From Macrostomum lignano (lineage: Eukaryota): a stretch of 64,000 nt of DNA. A program made the translations under genes and the position numbers. The stretch covers positions 55,800-119,799 of the forward strand of contig NIVC01001968.1 in assembly GCA_002269645.1 (NCBI GenBank). Direction: 5' to 3'. This document shows, in pieces, positions 37,401-46,914 of the stretch. Each line of letters opens with the position of its first letter. The first letter of the stretch is position 1. The notes under the pieces were generated by a model. The model saw only the letters and a program-made list of their open reading frames with translations. It was not told the DNA's origin and searched no databases.

Positions 37401-38233
37401 GATTATTATTTGGGTGTCAAGATTCAAATTCTGGTGTCAGATATTCTAATTCTGGTGTCAGATATTCTAATTCTGGTGTCAGATATTCTAATTCTGGTGT
37501 CAGGATATTCTAATTCTGGTGTCAGATATTCTAATTCTGGTGTCAGATATTCTAATTCTGGTGTCAGGATATTCTAATTCTGGTGTCAGATATTCTAATT
37601 CTGGTGTCAGATATTCTAATTCTGGTGTCAGATATTCTAATTCTGGTGTCAGATATTCTAATTCTGGTGTCAGATATTCTAATTCTGGTGTCAGAGATTC
37701 TAATTCTGGTGTCAGAGATTCTAATTTTGGGCTCTCCTATTCTAATTCTGGTGTCAGATATTCTAATTCTGGTGTCAGAGATTCTAATTCTGGGGTCGGA
37801 AATTCTAATTTTGGGCTCTCCTATTCTAATTTTGGTGTTAGTGAAGGTGCCCATTATCGGGTGTCCATCAGGAGCAGCTACTCTAAGAACCGAAATGCTC
37901 TAACCTGAGCGATAACCTTCAGATGAAGTGTCTTCTGAGCTGAAAAAGCCCATAGACACTGCCAAGCTCACCTGCATCGCTTGCAGACGCGCCCGAACGC
38001 GTCACCTGCTCGGAATTCTTCCTATGCCCGAGAATTTCGTCGATGTTGAAGGTCGAGCAGCCGACACTCTGCTGCGGCTGCAGAGGCGGCGGCGGCGGGA
38101 GAGGCAGCGGTGGACACGGTATGGAATGATTGTTCAGCTGCTTCGAGTGTTGCTGCTGCTTCTGTTGCTGCTGCTGCTGCTGCTGCAGATATAACCAAGG
38201 AAAGTATCTGGCAGCCGCAATGAACTGCTCCAT
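31471..38233 (-). CDS. Not: Not-class (Noto/Not) homeobox gene, 3 exons: 38233-37972, 32507-32326, 31620-31471; ~197 aa
   Basis: Homeodomain [49 protein letters not shown]|NRRIKWRKQ carries Not-diagnostic QQYMVG and RRIKWRK. Exon 1 has the eh1 motif [10 protein letters not shown]. Phase-1 junction GCAG|GTGAGC...CAACCAG|GTTTG and phase-0 junction CAG|GTAAGT...CGCAG|AATCGC. Confidence 0.9.
31893..32235 (+). mobile_element. tRNA-derived SINE, family B, copy 1 (in Not intron 2)
   Basis: Box A TAGCCCAGCGG, box B GCTCGATTCC; colinear with the reverse complement of 63691-64000. Confidence 0.85.
32971..33407. repeat. 21-bp minisatellite (CACTCATTTTAGCGCCGCAGG)n
   Basis: Direct reading. Confidence 0.96.
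33703..34979. repeat. 9-bp repeat (CATCATACA/CATCATGCA)n
   Basis: Direct reading; gives three 430-440 aa low-complexity pseudo-ORFs. Confidence 0.98.
35119..35301. mobile_element. Small MITE-like element, 44-bp terminal inverted repeats
   Basis: 35119-35162 vs reverse complement of 35258-35301 match at 41/44; weaker similarity extends ~20 bp outward. Confidence 0.7.
35350..35668 (+). mobile_element. tRNA-derived SINE, family A, copy 3 (apparently full length)
   Basis: GGGTTGTGGCCTAGTGGTTAGAGC..GGTTCGATTC head; core TGTGTCCTTGAGCAAGACACTGAAC..CTGTAAAATGGG; tail AATAATACG repeats. Confidence 0.9.
36290..37835. repeat. 21/22-bp minisatellite (TATTCTAATTCTGGTGTCAG[G]A)n
   Basis: Direct reading, with duplicated degenerate blocks. 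Confidence 0.96.
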
Positions 38234-38311
38234 GTCAGGTAATGGTGATTAGTATAGAATCGGAGATGCTCGAAGGAGTTGTATGAGGCCTGGCAGGGCC
38301 AGGCAAAAGCA

Positions 38312-38345
38312 TTTATAGGCCTAATTGAAGGCAAACAGGCCAATG
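38312..38345 (-). promoter_or_regulatory. Putative Not core promoter (TATAAA, CCAAT)
   Basis: Minus-strand TATAAA at 38317-38312, ~80 nt upstream of ATG 38233; CCAAT at ~38340. Confidence 0.5.
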
Positions 38346-38937
38346 GGAGAGGGGCCCGGGTGGGTTGACAATAAAAAATTCGGGAAAACTGAGGCCTTGA
38401 GCAGGGAATTTCTGAGCAGCAAACAGAGCTGCAGATCCACCCCATTGGGTCACAGAGATGAATGAGCCAAGGAGGCGGGTGTGTGTGTGCTTAAGGAGCT
38501 CTGTGAGAACCTCCACACATTCGCGTCATCCTTCCTTCATCATCATCAATCCAGCCTCCCCTCCCGAGACGCCGCCGCGCGGATCTCTTCAATTGCTTTT
38601 AAAAATTGGTTCCGTGTCATAAAACTCGAACGAAACGTCAGGACTTGCGGCTGCGCAATGTTTCATCCGCTCCAACGCCTCCATTAGGGGGTCCCAGGAG
38701 TCTTCATCCCCCCGATTTCGCCAAGTTTGAGAGATGAATATTGCAGTGATGCAACTCGCTTTCACACCGTCTGCGGCATTGTTGGCCAATTTGAACCGCC
38801 TCAATTAAATTCGACCGTGCACGTCTAATTTGAGTTAGTCAGTCTAGATGGCCATTTAATGAGATAAGTTTTAAATTAATAGGTTTGCTGAAGTTGAAAA
38901 GCAATGTCCATCAATAACAGATTCTTTAGTACACTAA

Positions 38938-39300
38938 ATGACAGACTCACTGACAGACTCGCTGACAGACTCACTGACAGACTCGCTGACAGACTAGACT
39001 CACTGACAGACTCGCTGACAGACTGACTGACAGACTCACTGACAGTCTCCCTGACAGAACCACTGACAGACTCACTGACAGACTCGCTGACAGACTCACT
39101 GACAGACTCGCTGACAGACTCGCTGACAAACTCACTGACAGACTCCCTGACAGAACCACTGACAGACTCACTGACAGACTCGCTGACAGACTCACTGACA
39201 GACTCGCTGACAGACCAGACTCACTGACAGACTCGCTGACAGACTCGCTGACAGACTCACTGACAGACTCGCTGACAGACTCGCTGACAGACTCACTGAA
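38938..39300. repeat. 12-bp repeat (GACAGACTC[A/G]CT)n
   Basis: Direct reading. Confidence 0.93.
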
Positions 39301-39675
39301 AATTTGCTGACAGGCTGACAGAATATCTAATTTTTATACCTACTTACTTTGTTAAACTTCTCAAGAATTCAAATAAAAAATGTAAAAAGTGTTGGTGGAA
39401 CCTTCATTCGAACTGCAAATATTAAAATTATAGGATAATAAATATGCTCAGAAAAGGGAGGCACTACAAGTAGCATTTTTTAGTGTAAATATTCTAAATT
39501 CACCTAATTATTTTCATCGTAATTTTTCTGCAATTTTCTCATCTATTTTTACTTCTGTTATTCGTTTCAGATCTTCCTCTGCGCACCCATCTGGTCGCGT
39601 CGGCTCGGCTGAAGCAGTTGGCCATTTTTGCTTTTTCGACTCGCCTTTGCCAAATCCCAGCACAAATTGCCGTGG

Positions 39676-39688
39676 CCCTGCCTGCTTG

Positions 39689-39734
<46 letters not shown>

Positions 39735-41045
39735 TCAGTGTCTGTCTTAGTGTCTGTCTTAGTGTCTGTCTCAGTGTCTATCTCAGTGTCTGTCTCAGTG
39801 TCTGTCTCAGTGTCTGTCTCAGTGTCTGTCTCAGTGTCTGTCTCAGTGTCTGTCTCAGTGTCTGTCTCAGTGTCTGTCTCAGTGTCTGTCTCAGTGTCTG
39901 TCTCAGTGTCTGTCTCAGTGTCTGTCTCAGTGTCTGTCTCAGTGTCTGTCTCAGTGTGTGTCTCAATGTCTGTCTCAGTGTCTGTCTCAGTGTCTGTCTC
40001 AGTGTGTGTCTCAGTGTGTGTCTCAGTGTCTGTCTCAGTGTCTGTCTCAGTGTCTGTCTCAGTGTCTGTCTCAGTGTGTGTCTCAATGTCTGTCTCAGTG
40101 TCTGTCTCAGTGTCTGTCTCAGTGTGTGTCTCAATGTCTGTCTCAGTGTCTGTTTCAGTGTCTGTCTCAGTGTCTGTCTCAGTGTCTGTCTCAGTGTCTA
40201 TCTCAGTGTCTGTCTCAGTGTCTGTCTCAGTGTCTGTCTCAGTGTCTGTCTCAGTGTCTGTCTCAGTGTGTGTCTCAATGTCTGTCTCAGTGTCTGTTTC
40301 AGTGTCTGTCTCAGTGTCTGTCTCAGTGTCTGTCTCAGTGTCTATCTCAGTGTCTGTCTCAGTGTCTGTCTCAGTGTCTGTCTTAGTGTCTGTCTCAGTG
40401 TCTGTCTCAGTGTCTGTCTCAGTGTCTGTCTCAGTGTCTGTCTCAGTGTCTGTCTCAGTGTCTGTCTCAGTGTCTGTCTCAGTGTCTGTCTCAGTGTCTG
40501 TCTCAGTGTCTGTCTCAGTGTCTGTCTCAGTGTCTGTCTCAGTGTCTGTCTCAGTGTCTGTCTTAGTGTCTGTCTCAGTGTCTGTCTCAGTGTCTGTCTC
40601 AGTGTCTGTCTCAGTGTCTGTCTCAGTGTCTATCTCAGTGTCTGTCTCAGTGTCTGTCTCAGTGTCTGTCTTAGTGTCTGTCTCAGTGTCTGTCTCAGTG
40701 TCTGTCTCAGTGTCTGTCTCAGTGTCTGTCTCAGTGTCTGTCTTAGTGTCTGTCTCAGTGTCTGTCTCAGTGTCTGTCTCAGTGTCTGTCTCAGTGTCTG
40801 TCTCAGTGTCTATCTCAGTGTCTGTCTCAGTGTCTGTCTTAGTGTCTGTCTCAGTGTCTGTCTCAGTGTCTGTCTCAGTGTCTGTCTCAGTGTCTGTCTC
40901 AGTGTCTGTCTCAGTGTCTGTCTCAGTGTCTGTCTCAGTGTCTGTCTCAGTGTCTGTCTCAGTGTCTGTCTCAGTGTGTGTCTCAATGTCTGTCTCAGTG
41001 TCTGTCTCAGTGTCTGTCTCAGTGTCTGTCTCAGTGTCTGTCTCA
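39676..41045. repeat. (CCTG)n followed by 12-bp satellite (TGTCTCAGTGTC)n
   Basis: Direct reading; source of the poly-VS and VCLS pseudo-ORFs. Confidence 0.98.
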
Positions 41046-41534
41046 CCTCATGCCTGTTCCGCAGTCTTCAGTATTAAAGAATCGTTTATTTCTCACTCAG
41101 CCTCTGCAGCCGCTATTTGAACTCATCCGAGCAAACAGCCATTTGACAATTAAAACCTGTCTTATTTTTTTAATTCCAAGAAGACACACCTGGATTGGGG
41201 GACATAAGCCAGCTGTAAGAAATTAGCAGTGTTTTATCCCCTTTAAAATTGAAAGCAAATTTGAAGAAACTGCTTCTAGGGGTGGGGAATGAGGGCTTTG
41301 GCTTGTTGGCTCAGCGGCTCAAGCAAATGTTGGTTTAATGTGTGGCACCCGGACCTCCGAGCTCTAGTTGATGATGGGGAGAAGCTGGCAGACGAGAGGC
41401 CCTTGAACGCCATATTGCTGTCATTATTTCTGCTTTTTAAAAGTAATTTTTGCTCAGTTATTCAAGGCTAAAAATTTCTTCTAATTACAGGGTCTCAGTG
41501 GGTAGCCTCAGGTGGGACCCAGGTAGGGGAGAGT

Positions 41535-42160
41535 GACAAGAGGACAGAGTGACAAGAGGACAGAGTGACAAGGGGACAGAGAAGGTGAGAGGGAGAATGA
41601 GAGAGTGAGGAGAGTGAGAAGAGAGTGTGAAAAGAAAAGAGTGAGAAGGAGAGTGAGAAGGAGAGTGAGAAGGAGAGTGAAAAGGAGAGTGAGAAAGAGA
41701 GTGAGAAGGAGGGTGAGAAGGAGAGTGAGAAGGAGAGTGAGATGGAGAGTGAGAAGGAGGGTGAGAAAGAGAGTGAGAAAGAGAGTGAGAAGGAGAGTGA
41801 GAAGGAGAGTGAGAAGGAGAGTGAGATGGAGAGTGAGAAAGAGAGTGAGATAGAGAGTGAGAAAGAGAGTGAGAAGGAGAGTGAGAAAGAGAGTGAGAAA
41901 GAGAGTGAGAAAGAGAGTGAGAAGGAGGGTGAGAAAGAGAGTAAGATGGAGAGTGAGAAAGAGAGTGAGAAGGAGGGTGAGAAAGAGAGTGAGAAAGAGA
42001 GTGAGAAAGAGAGTGAGATGGAGAGTGAGAAAGAGAGTGAGAAGGAGAGTGAGATGGAGAGTGAGAAAGAGAGTGAGAAGGAGAGTGAGATGGAGAGTGA
42101 GAAAGAGAGTGAGAAGGAGAGTGAGATGGAGAGTGAGAAAGAGAGTGAGAAGGAGAGTGA
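41535..42160. repeat. 12-bp purine repeat (GAGAGTGAGAA[G/A])n
   Basis: Direct reading. Confidence 0.95.
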
Positions 42161-42671
42161 GTCTGTGAGGGTGGGTGTTTGGCAAAAAATTGCTGCAACC
42201 AGTGAAGAAAAGCCTGCAAAAGCAAAACTGGGAATTTTCCTGGCTCAAGTGGAGTTGGGGTTATTAATTTGCCTGGTGGGGGGGGGGCGTAAGGGCGGCC
42301 ACACCCGAGAAGGCCTAAGAAGGCAGGTTGATTGAAAGGGATCGAATATTCATCTTCTGCTCTATTGAGATTTAATGACCAGATTAAACGGGTCTGAGGG
42401 GAAGGCAAACACGTTGGCTCACACACGCCAGTCGCAAGGGTCTTTTGCCCCTTTCATTCTCGTCCCTCTGATGCATTCCCCCCCCCCTGTCTGAAGTCGC
42501 CCTGCTCACTTTCGATGGCTCGATTTAATATTGCCTTCCATCTCTCCATCTTTCGCGAGGAACATTGCTTAATTGCCTCCTCCCCATAGCATTCGACAGG
42601 ACCTTGGTTGTGCTGTAAACCGCCCGTGTGAAGCTCGTGTCTCTTCTTTGCCGCTCACTGGGCCTTAGATC

Positions 42672-43480
42672 CTCTATCCATCCTTATCTCTATCCATCCT
42701 TATCTCTATCCATCCTTATCTCTATTCATTCTTATCTCTATCCATTCTTATCTGTATCCATTCTTATCTCTATCCATTCATATCTCTATCCATCCTTATC
42801 TCTATCCATCCTTATCTCTATCCATCCTTATCTCTATCCATCCTTATCTCTATCCATCCTTATCTATATCCATTCTTTTCTCTATCCATCCTTATCTCTA
42901 TCCATCCTTATCTCTATCCATCCTTATCTCTATCCATCCTTATCTGTATCCATTCTTATCTCTATCCATTCTTATCTCTATCCATCCTTATCTCTATCCA
43001 TTCTTATCTCTATCCATCCTTATCTCTATCCATCCTTATCTGTATCCATTCTTATCTCTATCCATCCTTATCTCTATCCATCCTTATCTCTATCCATCCT
43101 TATCTCTATCCATCCTTATCTCTATCCATCCTTATCTCTATTCATCCTTATCTCTATCCATCCTTATCTCTATCCATTCTTATCTCTATCCATCCTTATC
43201 TCTATCCATCCTTATCTGTATCCATTCTTATCTCTATCCATTCTTATCTATATTCATCCTTATCTCTATCCATCCTTATCTCTATCCATTCTTATCTCTA
43301 TCCATCCTTATCTCTATCCATCCTTATCTGTATCCATTCTTATCTCTATCCATTCTTATCTATATTCATCCTTATCTCTATCCATCCTTATCTCTATCCA
43401 TTCTTATCTCTATTCATCCTTATCTCTATCCATCCTTATCTCTATCCATCCTTATCTCTGTCTATCCTTATCTCTATCTA
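42672..43480. repeat. 16-bp repeat (ATCCTTATCTCTATCC)n
   Basis: Period 16 (42781, 42797). Confidence 0.96.
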
Positions 43481-44489
43481 TCTTTTTTCTCTATCCATTT
43501 ACATTTGATTCTATTCATCTATCCTCATTATCCTCTATCCATTAATCTATGCAGCTTTAAAAACGCATTTTTTTAATTTCCTTTTTGCCTACTCATATAA
43601 GTAGTGCAGAAAGTAAATGATTTTTTATTTTTAAAGAACATACTCGTAGTTCCTTAAACAATAGTATCATTGAGACTTGGCTGGAAAATATGTTGTTTAT
43701 AAGCATGGGTTTATTGTTCCAATTTCTTGCTTGTTTGAAGATTGCTCCTTTGCAAAAGGATAAAGATCAATTCCGAACTCGATTGCATTGCTCAGCGAAA
43801 GCGGTCAGTCAGAGCACAACTGTACAAGCCCAAGGGTTAAACAACGAAAAGCAACACACCTGTTGCGATAGCGCAAATTTACAGAAAGAACATTTAGAAG
43901 TCACTGGTTTTACGTTGAGGACAAGCACAAAAAGTTAAGCATATTCTTGTCGAGGTAATCAGTGGTTTAAGCATTTTTAGCAATGCCATACACCATTGGG
44001 GGGTAGTGCGCTGAGGTACAAGAAGAAGGTGCAGGAACTTTGTACAGACTTTAACAGACGGGAGTCATAAAAATAAATATATAGATAAATAATTAGACAA
44101 TATTGTAGTTCCAACCAAGAGTGAAAACTTCGCTCCAGTTGGTTTGGAACAGTCGGATAACCAGTGCAGAAACTCGTGGAGATTAGCTGAACTCTTTAAA
44201 AAGTTATGACTTTGTTTGACAGCTAAATAGTGTTTGATTGACAAGTGCTGATTTGACAGAAAGTGGCGAGTGGGCGAGTGGTTTGCATTCGCGAGATTTA
44301 TAGCCGAATAATCATAAATACGCGAGTAGTTATCGGTTCGTCTTATCAAGCTGAGTTAGTGGACTCGCGAGTCAGGCCTCTATCAAGTGAATTGGTCAAA
44401 AATAATGTGCTAAATGATTTGGATGAAGAATTAAAATATTTTTATGCTCTTATAACCTCTAGGATCCGCATTAATAGACCACTGTCAGA

Positions 44490-44918
44490 GTGTCTGATGA
44501 ATCTGTCAGGCAGTTCTGTCAGGAGATGAATCTGTCAGACAGTTCTGTCAGGAGATGAATCTGTCAGACAGTTCTGTCAGAAGACGAATCTGTCAGACAG
44601 TTCTGTCAGAAGACGAATCTGTCAGACAGTTCTGTCAGAAGACGAATCTGTCAGACAGTTCTGTCAGAAGACGAATCTGTCAGACAGTTCTGTCAGAAGA
44701 CGAATCTGTCAGACAGTTCTGTCAGGAGACGAATCTGTCAGACAGTTCTGTCAGAAGATGAATCTGTCAGACAATTCTGTCAGAAGATGAATCTGTCAGA
44801 CATTTCTGTCAGGAGACGAATCTGTCAGACAGTTCTGTCAGGAGATGAATCTGTCAGGCAGTTCTGTCAGAAGATGAATCTGTCAGACAGTTCTGTCAGA
44901 AGACGAATCTGTCAGACA
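44490..44918. repeat. 29-bp minisatellite (GAATCTGTCAGACAGTTCTGTCAGAAGAC)n immediately after the stop codon of the ACK-tail gene
   Basis: Period 29 (44586, 44615); internal near-palindrome CTGTC-A-GACAG. Confidence 0.95.
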
Positions 44919-44925
44919 TGATCGG

Positions 44926-45825
44926 TCAGTGGCTCTCGGAGCGGCAGAGTCGCTGCCTGCTCAGCTGCTGCACCACCGAGTCCAGCTTCCAGCTGTGCAT
45001 CTCCAGCAGCCGGCTGCATCGCTGCCTGTCACAGACGCCCCATCTGAAGAGCTGCTCAACTTTGAGGTACCTGGCCGCGCGCTCCGTGTCCCAGTGGTGC
45101 AGGCTGAGCGCCAGGTAGCTCTCCTCGTCCGTGACGCCGAACACCTCGGCGGTCACCCGGTGCACCAGCTCGAGCGGGGTGCAGCCCGGACCGCAGAATG
45201 ACATCGGCTCGCAGCAGGAATGATCCGACGCGCTGGACGACGACAGCCGCTGCTCGTCCAGCTGCTGATGTTTCCGGCGCGGCGGCAGAACCCAGTAGAT
45301 GTCCTCTGACAGCTGGCGCCCGTTGCGAACGATTGGGAGAATTCGAGGGCGCTGCGTTGAGATCAGCGAGGACTGCTGCTGCTGCTGCTGCTGCTGGTCT
45401 CCGGTGCCGGTGGACAGCGACCTCCGGCAGGCGCATCTCGCCATAGCGGAGGTCGGCGCTCGCTGAAAATCGTTCGACTCGTCGTGGTGATGGTTGAGGA
45501 TGGAGCAGAGGTCGCTGCTGGCTGGCGAGTCGGGTAGCTGCAGAGACGTCCTCGGCGTCAGGTCGACTGAGTCGCCGCCGCCGGCTCTGCTGCCTCCACC
45601 GACGAGCGACAGTTGCAGCCTGGGCGGCAGCGGCACCGGGGTTGTCGGCCTGGACCAGTTGCTGGCCGTCGATGCTGACGACGGCTTCTTCTGGTGTCTC
45701 TGCAGCTGCTGCTTTCGGTGCAGCGCCTCGTAGCTCACGTAGCTGCTGTCGGTTGAAGAGTCCAGAAAGTCCGCGTCACTGGCCGAGCCGCAGGACATCT
45801 GAGACGAAGACTCCCTGTTGCCCAT
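44926..45825 (-). CDS. ACK/TNK2 C-terminal-module protein (Pro-rich, Mig6-homology EGFR-binding motif, UBA), 299 aa from MGNRES; no kinase exons seen
   Basis: PVPLPPRL (ACK1 SPLPPRL). [24 protein letters not shown] (ACK1/Mig6 [21 protein letters not shown]). [55 protein letters not shown] (ACK1 UBA [48 protein letters not shown]). In-frame TAA just upstream of 45882; candidate acceptors at 45841 and ~45891. Confidence 0.88.
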   Translation of the reverse strand: [299 protein letters not shown]

Positions 45826-46265
45826 AACCGAGTCTTCGTCCTGCGAGTTGAAATTTTGAGTCGAAGTGTTATTGCTGAGCACTTAGAGCTCTGTGTGTGC
45901 GTGTAACCTATATCGGAGAGAACGAGCTGCTATCTGCGGAAACACTGTCTCTGAATCAAGATAAGGCCGCCTTTGAGCAGTGAGAAGGTCTCATACCTAA
46001 GAACTTCAGCTTGCACGTGAGAATCTGGTCCAAATCTTGAATAAAAACTGCTCACGTTTCTAGTGGGAGTTGGAGTTGGAGATTTTCGTTCTGTTTTTTT
46101 ACACTGAGTTCACTTTGGCCATAGAGGTCAGTTTTACAGTAAGATTACAGTTTTACAATCATGAGCAGTTGCTCACTTCATTCGGGCGGCCTTATTGACA
46201 AATAAATTCTAATTAGGCAATAAACAACTTTATTAGCCTGTTGTCAAATATGGCTGAGCACTCAC

Positions 46266-46525
46266 CGGATTTGAAGACGCACAGAAAATGGCGCAAATGT
46301 TGAGTTGAGCTCTGTCTAGTTCTATTCAACAGAACTGTTTTTCTACTCTCTAGGCGAATCTGGCTCGAAATGAGTGTTATTATTGACCTATTGTGAGGCC
46401 TGCCTATGCACTATTGCTATGCTTGCCCTATCACCCAATGCGCCATTCATTGGCTTTATATGGGAGGCAGTGGAAAGCATGGCTTGACAATATCGCTAGA
46501 AGGAGAGAGTCTGGGCCAATGCGGG
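46266..46525 (-). promoter_or_regulatory. Putative promoter and non-coding first exon of the ACK-tail gene
   Basis: Minus-strand donor CCG|GTGAGT at 46265; no ATG in the exon; three CCAAT/ATTGG boxes at ~46435, ~46449 and ~46516. Confidence 0.5.
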
Positions 46526-46914
46526 CGCTACTCCACCTTGGGGTTGGTTGCTGCTCACGGGGCTCGGGGCTTCCAGTTCGGGCGAAAAGAAGGGCAAGCC
46601 GAGCGCAAAAGATAAACGACAGACTGCCAGTAAGGCTTGAATTTGAATTACCAAAGGCAGCAAGTAGAAGGACCAATTGTGTGCGACTCCACTCTTGGCG
46701 AGTGTGTGTGCGTTTTTCTTGTCATTTTCTTGCTTCTCTCCACGTCTTCTTTGCTTTCCTGTTCCTGTGTGTCTCATTCAGCCTTTCTTTCTATGCTAGG
46801 TGTAAGAGACTCCATTGTTACCGAACTGGTTCAGTGCTCAAGTCGCGTGATCTCAACTCAGTAAGAAGCTGAGCATGATTATCATTCTCTTGATTGCATT
46901 CACTACTTATTATA

